From: Octopus bimaculoides
Taxonomy: Eukaryota
NCBI RefSeq assembly: GCF_001194135.2
Contig: NC_068982.1
Coordinates: forward strand, 73,178,279 to 73,242,278
DNA length: 64,000 nucleotides
Reading direction: 5' to 3'
The translations under genes and the position numbers were made by a program. Below, one piece after another: positions 25,862 through 37,304 of this stretch (the first letter of the stretch is position 1; the number at the start of each line of letters is the position of its first letter). The notes under the pieces are model-generated. The model was not told where the DNA came from. It did no database searches and saw only the letters and a list, made by a program, of their open reading frames with translations.

Positions 25862-26669
25862 TTTGTGGTCTTTTTCCTACCCCATTAGGTAGCCTGATCC
25901 AACAATAATGGAGAGACATTTTTAACCCCTTGTCTGTCCTGTATATCAAATGTGATACACAGGACATATTGCCTTGATGTCCATACAACAGATATGATAC
26001 ACATTCCTAATTTTTTTAACCAGTACAGTAACTTGAATAGAAAGGAAGCTTTCTATTACTCAGAACGTATGAAACAAGGGCTAACAAAAAGTCTGGAAAC
26101 AAACTTATGAAAATGTTTTAGACAGGCAAAGGGTCAACGATAAAACACAGAGCTGGTGGGGGGCTGGAGCAAGATTCAAACTGCTGGCATTTCAACTAGT
26201 AGGGCAGAGATCTTGATCTACAGCGAGCTGTTACACATAAGCTTCCTTTCTTTCATTTTTAGGTCATAGAACATGTGTTATTTCTGTGCTCAATTTCAGG
26301 TTTTCGTGCAACAGGTGTGGGAATAGCATAAATTATTATAAATTATGATAAATTGTAAAAACCTGATCAGATATACACCCAAATACAAAACTTCAACGTT
26401 CTCAAATGCATCACGTAGCTTATGAAGCTACCTATTAACCTATGGTACAACAGCGATATATTAATGTAATGTTGACTTTTCCTTCAATAGTCTATACTAA
26501 TTACTTCCGTGGTGGCTTTGTTTTCTACGTTTCTGGGACAAAATACAGCGGTGCCTATGATTGATTTAAACATAAAGTTGATGAAAACTTATTGCCTCTA
26601 CCTTTTTGCCTTTCACTCGTCTATCATTGGATTTCAGTTATGCTGGAGCACCGCCTTGAAAATATAGCG

Positions 26670-26740
26670 TTCCCATGCTGGGGATCGAACACGGGTTGCC
26701 TGAGTGCCACTAGGACTCCTCACCACGTGTTAATGGACGA
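26670..26740 (-). pseudogene. Degenerate tRNA-Glu-like pseudogene
   Basis: The reverse complement ends cactcaggcaacccgtgttcgatccccagcatgggaa, close to the 3' half of eukaryotic tRNA-Glu (cacccaggcggcccgggttcgattcccggcatgggaa). The anticodon loop and D-arm are mutated. Confidence 0.55.
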
Positions 26741-26804
26741 TACATAAAATATACGTAGATATGATGTTGACATTTCCTCGCAAATTTCATGATTTTTGCT
26801 ATAG

Positions 26805-26967
26805 TAAAGAGACTAACAAGCTTGTTTGCCATGCTGCGCTGGGGAAACATTTATAGAATTGATTTGCTTCCAGCTGATCTGAAAGAGACGCCTAGAAAGA
26901 TTTGCACCGCATGTGGTTTGTCAAATGTGGTTTTTGGTGCATTAACATTGTGTAATGTTATCTATCT
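26805..26967 (+). other. Candidate internal exon (163 nt) of an unidentified gene
   Basis: Acceptor atttttgctatag, donor ct|gtaagt, and one open frame: KRLTSLFAMLRWGNIYRIDLLPADLKETPRKICTACGLSNVVFGALTLCNVIY. I do not recognise a homologue. Confidence 0.25.
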
Positions 26968-27799
26968 GTAAGTAAATTAACATCCCAGTACTGAAGCATG
27001 TATTATGTAGTTGCTGTACTTTATATATTTGAAGCAGTCCAGTGCAAAGAGAAATATAATTCTTTCTAATATAGGCACAGGGCCTGAAATAGTGGGTGAG
27101 GTGGAAGTCAATTACCAGTGCTCAACTTTACTATTTTATCGATCCGGAATGAAAGCAAGGATGACCTGGTGGTATTTGAACGCAGAATGTAAAGAGCCGG
27201 AAGAAATGCCGCTAAGCATTTTGCCCGGCATGCTACTGTAACCTAGAACAGACAATAAAAGAAATAATTTATTATATAAATAATTCATTATATCTGTTGA
27301 ATCTGTTTTTGTACAGGAAGGCACAGTAGAAATATACCGGGCCCTGTATCCAACGGTTCCTGGATCGAATTAACGCTCTGCCCAGAATTGAATGTAATTT
27401 TTTTATGTATGTTTATACATTGCAACTGAGTTATCAACATATATACCAATCATATGCATGTATTTGGTATATCTAGAAATTTATTCAAGGGTCACGGGTC
27501 ACCAACTGACAGGGGTACACCAAAACCTAAGTGGGCAGAAACAACAACAACGAGACTTTACAGTTTGCATAATGGGATGCTTTTTCATATTTTCATGCAA
27601 CACCTGTATTAAGTTTGCAATTAATGAAAGTCATATAGAGAAATGGTATCACCAGGTTCATCAGCCTTAAGAAATAAATATTATCTAATCGTTTATTCGC
27701 TGCATTACAGAGTTTTAATAATTATTTTGAAAGTTTTACAAAACACAAGAAAAAAAGAGTTCAGATTTTTAATTTTAATTACCTTGTCTATTGCGTACG

Positions 27800-27883
27800 T
27801 AGTAGTAGTAGTAGTAGTAGTAGTAGCAGCAGCAGCAGCAGCAGCCGCAGCAGCAGCGGCTGCAACAGCAGCAGCGGCTGCAA

Positions 27884-27955
<72 letters not shown>
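27800..27955. repeat. (GTA)n-(GCA)n-(GTA)n compound array
   Basis: Seen directly. Confidence 0.95.
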
Positions 27956-27959
27956 AGAC

Positions 27960-28500
27960 CTTGAAGCAATCCAGCGAAGCTTCACAAAGAAGATCGTCTC
28001 TTTGCAACAAGCTCAGCTACTGGGAAAGGCTGAAACAGCTAAGACTCTACTCCCTGGAGCGCTGGCGATAGAGATATGCAGTAATATACATCTGGAAGAT
28101 CCTGGAAGGAATTGTGCCAAATTTTGGCATTGAAAGCTACACCAATGCTAGAATGGGTCGCCACTGCACAATGCCAAAAATCCCAGCAATGCCATCGCGC
28201 TTCAGGACCAGTTACTGCAACATCCTAGTTTTCAAGAGCCCACAGCTTTTTAATATTCTCCCAAAGAGCGTGAGGAACCTGCACAAAGTGGATGTAGGCG
28301 TTTTCAAATCAAAGCTGGACCTCTACCTGTCGAGAGTCCTAAATGAAACTACCTCACGGCAAGAGGTGCAAATGAGAGTAGGTACATCAAACTCCATTCT
28401 TCACCAAGTGCCACATATAAGAGGAGGCTTTCAGTAAAAACAGTGTAACAAAACGGCGGTGCTCCAGCATGGCCACAGCTCTGAGCTGAAACTACTAAAT
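27960..28500 (+). mobile_element. CR1-group LINE 3' fragment with tail
   Basis: Motifs: LSYWERLKQLRLYSLERWR, YAVIYIWKILEGIVPNFG and FKSPQLFNILPKSVRNL. Tail: ggcggtgctccagcatggccacagctctgagctgaaac. Confidence 0.92.
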
Positions 28501-28505
28501 ATATA

Positions 28506-28554
<49 letters not shown>

Positions 28555-29704
28555 NNNNNNNNNNNNNNNNNNNNNNNNNNNNNNNNNNNNNNNNNNNNNN
28601 NNNNNNNNNNNNNNNNNNNNNNNNNNNNNNNNNNNNNNNNNNNNNNNNNNNNNNNNNNNNNNNNNNNNNNNNNNNNNNNNNNNNNNNNNNNNNNNNNNNN
28701 NNNNNNNNNNNNNNNNNNNNNNNNNNNNNNNNNNNNNNNNNNNNNNNNNNNNNNNNNNNNNNNNNNNNNNNNNNNNNNNNNNNNNNNNNNNNNNNNNNNN
28801 NNNNNNNNNNNNNNNNNNNNNNNNNNNNNNNNNNNNNNNNNNNNNNNNNNNNNNNNNNNNNNNNNNNNNNNNNNNNNNNNNNNNNNNNNNNNNNNNNNNN
28901 NNNNNNNNNNNNNNNNNNNNNNNNNNNNNNNNNNNNNNNNNNNNNNNNNNNNNNNNNNNNNNNNNNNNNNNNNNNNNNNNNNNNNNNNNNNNNNNNNNNN
29001 NNNNNNNNNNNNNNNNNNNNNNNNNNNNNNNNNNNNNNNNNNNNNNNNNNNNNNNNNNNNNNNNNNNNNNNNNNNNNNNNNNNNNNNNNNNNNNNNNNNN
29101 NNNNNNNNNNNNNNNNNNNNNNNNNNNNNNNNNNNNNNNNNNNNNNNNNNNNNNNNNNNNNNNNNNNNNNNNNNNNNNNNNNNNNNNNNNNNNNNNNNNN
29201 NNNNNNNNNNNNNNNNNNNNNNNNNNNNNNNNNNNNNNNNNNNNNNNNNNNNNNNNNNNNNNNNNNNNNNNNNNNNNNNNNNNNNNNNNNNNNNNNNNNN
29301 NNNNNNNNNNNNNNNNNNNNNNNNNNNNNNNNNNNNNNNNNNNNNNNNNNNNNNNNNNNNNNNNNNNNNNNNNNNNNNNNNNNNNNNNNNNNNNNNNNNN
29401 NNNNNNNNNNNNNNNNNNNNNNNNNNNNNNNNNNNNNNNNNNNNNNNNNNNNNNNNNNNNNNNNNNNNNNNNNNNNNNNNNNNNNNNNNNNNNNNNNNNN
29501 NNNNNNNNNNNNNNNNNNNNNNNNNNNNNNNNNNNNNNNNNNNNNNNNNNNNNNATATGTATATATATATATGTATATATATATATGTATATATATATAT
29601 GTGTATGTATATGTATATAGGTATGTATGTGTATATATGTGTGTGTATGTATATGCATATACATATGTATGTATATGTATGTGCATATGTGTGTGTGCGC
29701 GCGC

Positions 29705-30475
29705 ATTAGGGTTAAGGTATGGGTTAGGGTTAGATAAGAACTACTAATAATTTTTTGCAGTGAAGACATTTCTAGGTAGGTTTAATATAATACGCCCTGG
29801 TTCTTCAACCAATCTGTAGGCTCTGAGTACATAGTCAATTCTAGTTGAAAATCAGGACGCTGGTGCATGAGAAATTACGAGAAAAATGAGAAGGTTAATG
29901 CAAAAAGTGAAAGATTGAATAAAAACGGAAAAAGGAAAGAAAAGAAAATTAGATTTACGTTCCTTTTGAACGTAGATTCCATAATTGAACAAGTTGTTGT
30001 TGAATAATTCAACGGAGAGGGATGCAAAGTTTGCAAGACAGCTGTTCAATCCGGAAATGGTGGTGTACTCCAGTTAGTCAAAAGAAATATGCTCGCAATT
30101 TCGGATTTAGAATTAAGTAATGCGGTTGTATTCTTTGATCTAAAAAGAATGACCGATCTTTCAGCTACGCATAAGTTGCATTTCTGAAACCCATTTACAT
30201 ATGGCATGAATTTCTCTACGATTCTCCACTTGATTTTATGTGGTATGCAATTGGCCTTCAAACACCATACGCGGCTAGCCAACCTAGTAGCTTTACTTTC
30301 GTCGATATGCCGGAAAGAAGATTGGTGGTTTGCATGACGTCTTTTGAAATTGCCTTCGCATAAACCGATGTAATTTTTCTTTCCAGTTAGATTATCTTGA
30401 AGTATTGCAATGACCTACAAGGTCACAGATGTCCATACGATCCCATGGATACATGGAATAATTCATCTGTATCGA

Positions 30476-30480
<5 letters not shown>
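29705..30480 (-). mobile_element. Penelope-like element remnant: short RT motif fused to GIY-YIG endonuclease, plus 3' UTR
   Basis: The minus strand reads FHVSMGSY..DICDLVG, then KNYIGLCEGNFKRRHANHQSSF, TRLASRVWCLK, IKWRIVEK, KCNLCVAERSVI and LLNSKSEI. Confidence 0.85.
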
Positions 30481-30517
<37 letters not shown>

Positions 30518-32047
30518 TACACACACACATGTAAGTGTGTATGTACGTATATATGCATACATGCATGCATGCATACATACATACATACATACATACATAC
30601 ATACATACATACATACATACATACATACTTCGTCAGCTAGGTTCACCTAAGACCAAATTAAAAATATCCGCTACATCAATACCTATACAATCCGCTGATT
30701 GCCCAAGCCATAAACACAACCGAGATCAGTGGATAGTTTTATNNNNNNNNNNNNNNNNNNNNNNNNNNNNNNNNNNNNNNNNNNNNNNNNNNNNNNNNNN
30801 NNNNNNNNNNNNNNNNNNNNNNNNNNNNNNNNNNNNNNNNNNNNNNNNNNNNNNNNNNNNNNNNNNNNNNNNNNNNNNNNNNNNNNNNNNNNNNNNNNNN
30901 NNNNNNNNNNNNNNNNNNNNNNNNNNNNNNNNNTATATATCAGAGGCAACGCTTGTACTGCATGCCTCATAATAATATGTTTTTATATGATATTTTTTCC
31001 AGGATAAATAATTTTTGTGTAATATAGAATTAATTATTAATAATTTTCAGTATCCTCATCATACACGTGATTTTTTTTTTTTAGTTTTGGAGAGAGAGTG
31101 ACTGAAAGAAAGAGAACAGGAGATCGTTGTAAATGGAAATGCATAGAAAGAGAGCGAAGAAGTGTGGAGAAGAGAAAAACGGAGAGATAAATCGATATAA
31201 ATAGAAAGGGAGAGATAGAAGGATCGAAGTCAATATGGAGAAGTGTATGCAAATATGAATAAAGAGGTGTAAAAAAAAGAGGGGAAGAGAAGCAGGTAAG
31301 AAAGAATAAGAAGGATAGAGAGATGGATCAATATAATGTAAATAGAGATAAAGACTAAAGACACAATTCAGAGACAGCAATAAAATTCAATCTAACACCA
31401 GATACATGATAATACAAATAAAATTATCAGAGTGTAGCCAGAAGGCGGGAAAAGAGAGAATAATAAACTTTTGTTTCCCTTACCTTGAGAATAGCCAGAT
31501 TAAAGCAAAGAATGAAATTCTCCGCCAAGCTTCAATAATATTTACGTACGTAATTTGTTATCGAAAAATATAAACAAACCTCAGATTCCTGAATTTTTTG
31601 TATTTAGTATTTCAGCAATCTACAAATTGCATTGGCTCATGCAAGTTGAAATCTTCCGAACGTAATTTCTCAGAGAAAAGTGCAATTAGCGTTGAAAAAT
31701 GCAGTCAACGTAGTTATCGAGTCGTGTTTACTTAACCACGTTGTGAGCCGATCTTGATCTTTTTGACGTCGGAAAATTTTTTACAACTGATCGAATTAAA
31801 ATACTTTTATTAATTGTAGTATATTGGCAGTAATGTATTTAAACCAGTGACAACTTAGATTTCAGTTCTATACGATTTAATTGAAATTTTTCAAGGTTAT
31901 ACATAAGCATATTTTCATACACTATAACAAGCCGACCCCATCATTTTGTTACATGAATGTGTGTGTGTGTGTTTTATTTCTTGTGTCCAGATTTCGTCTT
32001 GGCTTGTGTTTGCGTGTACATGGTCATTGTATATACTTGTATATATA

Positions 32048-32255
32048 CAGTAACCCTTCGACTATCGTAGTTGTTACGTTCCAAAACGTCCCACAGAAAT
32101 AATTAAAAACTGAAAAAAGATATAAATATCTATTGGCTGCAGAAACCCGCGATATACTGAGGATTTCGCGATATAAATTTGCATATATTAGCCAGAAAAG
32201 TCCGCAATGTACCGAGTGCGGGATAGGTGAACCGCGATATAGCGAGGGATTACTG
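32048..32255. mobile_element. Tigger/pogo-like MITE, 208 bp
   Basis: TIRs are cagtaacccttcgactatcg and (rc) cagtaatccctcgctatatcg, with TA on both sides. Confidence 0.8.
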
Positions 32256-32292
32256 TATATACATATATATGTGTACATATATATATATATAT

Positions 32293-35200
32293 ATAATTCA
32301 GTTTTGGGGATTAATAGATATGCGGGTATTCTGTTTCAGATAATACAAAAAAATAACCGAATGAGGAGTATATCTGAAGGTAAACTCGTGATATCTATTT
32401 GCACATCACGAAATAATACTTTAAAGGATATAACCAGTATACCACCAGGGTATGAAATATACTTCGTCAATTATCTCTTAAGTTAAAATTAAAATTATCA
32501 ATTTTGAAGGAACTACACGTGTTTCAGTATTGGAAGATTATAATATATATACATACATACACACACACNNNNNNNNNNNNNNNNNNNNNNNNNNNNNNNN
32601 NNNNNNNNNNNNNNNNNNNNNNNNNNNNNNNNNNNNNNNNNNNNNNNNNNNNNNNNNNNNNNNNNNNNNNNNNNNNNNNNNNNNNNNNNNNNNNNNNNNN
32701 NNNNNNNNNNNNNNNNNNNNNNNNNNNNNNNNNNNNNNNNNNNNNNNNNNNNNNNNATCTACAATTCTACCAACATATCTTAAGGTTCTATTTCAAAATA
32801 CTGTTAATCTAATTTTACATCACCTTAAAATTAAGTGTTAAATTAAACATTAAAAATTATACTTTATAAAGTTAAGAATTACAAAAATTATAAATTATAG
32901 ATTATACATTATAAAGATGAATTAGTATACATATATCAAACTTATAAAGTCAAGTATATAATGTCAAATGCAAAATATAAGATATAAAATATACATCAGA
33001 ATAAAAGTGTCCGTGATTTAACGTGAAAATAATATAAAAAGTGCAAATGCATATCCTCCTATGGTGGAACCAAGATGTCTTTCAGCAGGAAAGAATATAC
33101 ACAGGACCTGATTAACCAGTTAAAAAACTTTATAAATAGAATGAAATGGAAGGCTCACTACTACAATAACAGCAATCCTAATAAGAATAATACTAACATG
33201 GGAGATATAGACTACATAAAAAGAAACTTCAAATCTAAGTACGAATCTCCAAATGATAGAACTATACAGGACTTCGAGGAGAAAATATGGAACATGATGA
33301 AAAATATCAAATTCAAAAAATACCCTAATAGACACAACAAGCAGCTCAGCAATTTGGCTAGTAAAATTTTAAAAATTAAAGAACCAGGATGGAATCTGAT
33401 AAGACCAGGAACTTATATAGACTGGATACACCACTTTATGATAATCTACTAGAAAAGGAAATAATGAAAAAATATAAAGTAGTTAATAAAAATTATTTAG
33501 ATAATANNNNNNNNNNTAAATGGTTTAATAATATTCAGGATAAAAATAGATGTAAATTCCTTCAAATTGATATAGAGAATTATTATTCATCTATCAATGA
33601 AGTGGTTTTAAATAAGGCCCTATCATATGCCATGAGAAAGGTAAATATGTCATTTGAAGAAGTCAAAGTGGTGTTGGCCGCGAGGAAGTCTATTATAAAA
33701 CATAAAGATAAACTATCGGCAAGAAAAGACACAAGAAATTGTTTTGATATGCGCATGGGCGCCCCTGATCCTACCCAAGTTACCGATCTTGTGAGATTAT
33801 ATTCTTTATCTGAACTAGAGATGGAATTTGCGAATATAGAGGGTGGACTTTATAGGGACTACCTACTACTTATAACCAGGAATTGTACTAATAGGTCATT
33901 ATAATGCCTTAAGAAGAAAATGTACAAGTTCTTTAAGAATTATGACCTATGGATATCTATAGAGAATGAATAGTATGCAGTAAATTATTTAGACGTCAGT
34001 CTTAATCTTATCACTAAGATCCATCTATTCCATAAGTTGAATGAAAATTTAATGTATATTAGTGATTTAAGTATCCATCCTAGATCAGTTAAAGAAGCTT
34101 TAATAGATAATATAGGCAAAAGAATATTTATGCTATCCTCAGATTATGACACTTTTAATAAACATGTCCCATATTTATAATAAGGCATTAAAAGAAGCAG
34201 GATATAACTCTAATATAAAATTCTTTAATTATTACGAACACCTTAATAATACAACAGGTAATCCTAGTAATAATTCTAACAGCAAAAATATGAATGATAA
34301 TAATAAAAGACAATATAAGAAACTAAATAAAGATAAAAACAATATAGTTATTATTAATGATTACAATAATAATAGTAATATTGATAGAGAATAGGATCAA
34401 TAGTAAGAAATATAGTAAATTATACAAGCGGAGATATAATACACGGAGATATAATATAAAAAAATATAAAAAATAAAAAAGATATTATATGGTTAATTAT
34501 TCCGTATGGGGCATAAGTGATGACTAATATTATTAAGGAGACGCTTAAAATTGTAAAAATGTCTTCTAATAAGGACAACATTATATTTTCCAATACATTT
34601 TCCAATAAAACGATAAGAGTGGGCTACTCAACATCGAGGAATGTAGGTAATATCATTTCCTCTATAAATAATAAGAAATTAAATAATTATTATAATAGAA
34701 CAATAAATAATAGCTATAGCCATAATATAACCGATAGTGATTAGAGTCTGAATAAACAGATAGAAAAATCTTCATGTCGTGATAAGACTAAATGTAAACT
34801 CTCGAATAACTGTAATATTTATAATGTTATTTATAAATGTATAGTAAACTCTAAGAACAATAATAATAAAATTATAAATATGGTTTATATAGGATCTACA
34901 TCTAATGAAATTTTAAAAAGATTCTCTCAACACTATCAGACTTTTAAAAATCCTAATTTAAGTCCACGGGTTTACGTAAATATATATGGGAAGTAAAATC
35001 TAGAAAAAGAGATTACACCCTTAGTTGGAGTATAATAGGTAGAGCCCACTCATAATATTGGAAATAAAGTGTGTTTATTATGTATAACAGAATTTATGAA
35101 ACTGATACAGTTTAGAGATAAATTACTAAACACATACGATGAACGAGGAGTTAAATGTAGACACAAAAGTAATTTTACTTTTAATAAAATGACATACTGA

Positions 35201-36034
35201 ACCCCCCTTGAATCTAATAACCACACACTTTTGATTTCTACAGTACTTGAATAGATTATATAAATAATTAAATGAATTAATTAATTAGATATTACTAAAA
35301 CTTATAGCAAATTATATATAGCCCTCAACATAGATTGAAGATAATAATAGAAGATAATTTAAATTACACTATGCATAGTATAATTACAACCCCCCCTTGG
35401 TACTAATCATCTATAAATTCCCATAATGCTCTATCTTCACTTCTTCTAGTCATCATTTTGAAAGACATCTTTGTTCCACCATAGGAGGATATGTATTTGT
35501 GCTTTTTATGTAATTTTCACATTAAATCAGACTTTTTTATTCTGATGTATATTTTATATTCATCTTTATAATGTATAATCTATAATTTATATATTTTTTT
35601 TTAATTCTTAACTTTATAAAGTATAATTTTTAATGTTTAATTTAATGTTTAATTTAACACTTAATTTTAGGGTGATGTAAAATTAGATTAACAGTATTTT
35701 GAAATAGAACCTAAAGACGTGTTGGTAAAATTGTAGATATGATGATTGCATATATATATTTATATGTGTATATGTATGTATATATATTATAATCTTCCAA
35801 TACTGAAACACGTTTAGTTCTTTCATAATTGATCATTTTAATTTTTAACTTAAGAGATAATTAAGGAAGTATATTTTATACACTGCTGGTATACTGGTTA
35901 TATCATTTAAAGTATTATTTCATGATGTGCAAATAGATACAACGAGTTTACCTTCAGATATACTCATTCGGTTATTTTTTTGTATTATCTGAAACAGAAT
36001 ACCCGCAAATCTATTAATCCCAAAACTGAATTAT
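32293..36034 (+). mobile_element. Penelope-like element (RT and C-terminal GIY-YIG) bracketed by inverted pseudo-LTR copies
   Basis: Motifs: FINRMKWKAHYY, DKTRNLY, FLQIDIENYYSSI, FDMRMGAPD, GLYRD, VNYLDVSLNL, VIYKC, VYIGST.NE...KRFSQH and VCLLCITE. 32293-33084 is the reverse complement of 35459-36034. Confidence 0.92.
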
Positions 36035-36231
36035 TATTGATCTCTATTATATATTTTGTATATTTCTAGATAAATATATAAATATATGATTAACAAGACC
36101 TTACAATACGATTTGCAGATACATATAATGCTAAAAGGTTGTACCTGAATAATTTGGAAATTCGTTTGCCCAAATTATTTAAATTAATAAATCGTACATA
36201 TATATATATATGTATATATATATGTGTGTGC

Positions 36232-36284
<53 letters not shown>

Positions 36285-37304
36285 NNNNNNNNNNNNNNNN
36301 NNNNNNNNNNNNNNNNNNNNNNNNNNNNNNNNNNNNNNNNNNNNNNNNNNNNNNNNNNNNNNNNNNNNNNNNNNNNNNNNNNNNNNNNNNNNNNNNNNNN
36401 NNNNNNNNNNNNNNNNNNNNNNNNNNNNNNNNNNNNNNNNNNNNNNNNNNNNNNNNNNNNNNNNNNNNNNNNNNNNNNNNNNNNNNNNNNNNNNNNNNNN
36501 NNNNNNNNNNNNNNNNNNNNNNNNNNNNNNNNNNNNNNNNNNNNNNNNNNNNNNNNNNNNNNNNNNNNNNNNNNNNNNNNNNNNNNNNNNNNNNNNNNNN
36601 NNNNNNNNNNNNNNNNNNNNNNNNNNNNNNNNNNNNNNNNNNNNNNNNNNNNNNNNNNNNNNNNNNNNNNNNNNNNNNNNNNNNNNNNNNNNNNNNNNNN
36701 NNNNNNNNNNNNNNNNNNNNNNNNNNNNNNNNNNNNNNNNNNNNNNNNNNNNNNNNNNNNNNNNNNNNNNNNNNNNNNNNNNNNNNNNNNNNNNNNNNNN
36801 NNNNNNNNNNNNNNNNNNNNNNNNNNNNNNNNNNNNNNNNNNNNNNNNNNNNNNNNNNNNNNNNNNNNNNNNNNNNNNNNNNNNNNNNNNNNNNNNNNNN
36901 NNNNNNNNNNNNNNNNNNNNNNNNNNNNNNNNNNNNNNNNNNNNNNNNNNNNNNNNNNNNNNNNNNNNNNNNNNNNNNNNNNNNNNNNNNNNNNNNNNNN
37001 NNNNNNNNNNNNNNNNNNNNNNNNNNNNNNNNNNNNNNNNNNNNNNNNNNNNNNNNNNNNNNNNNNNNNNNNNNNNNNNNNNNNNNNNNNNNNNNNNNNN
37101 NNNNNNNNNNNNNNNNNNNNNNNNNNNNATACGTACACATTTATGTATATATATATAAACATGTATGTATATATATATATTCATACAAATAATGTATTAT
37201 GTATATGATTATATGTATATATAATGATATATATATATATATATATATATTTATAATTATATATATACTCATATATGTGATGTGTGTGTGAATGTATATA
37301 TATC

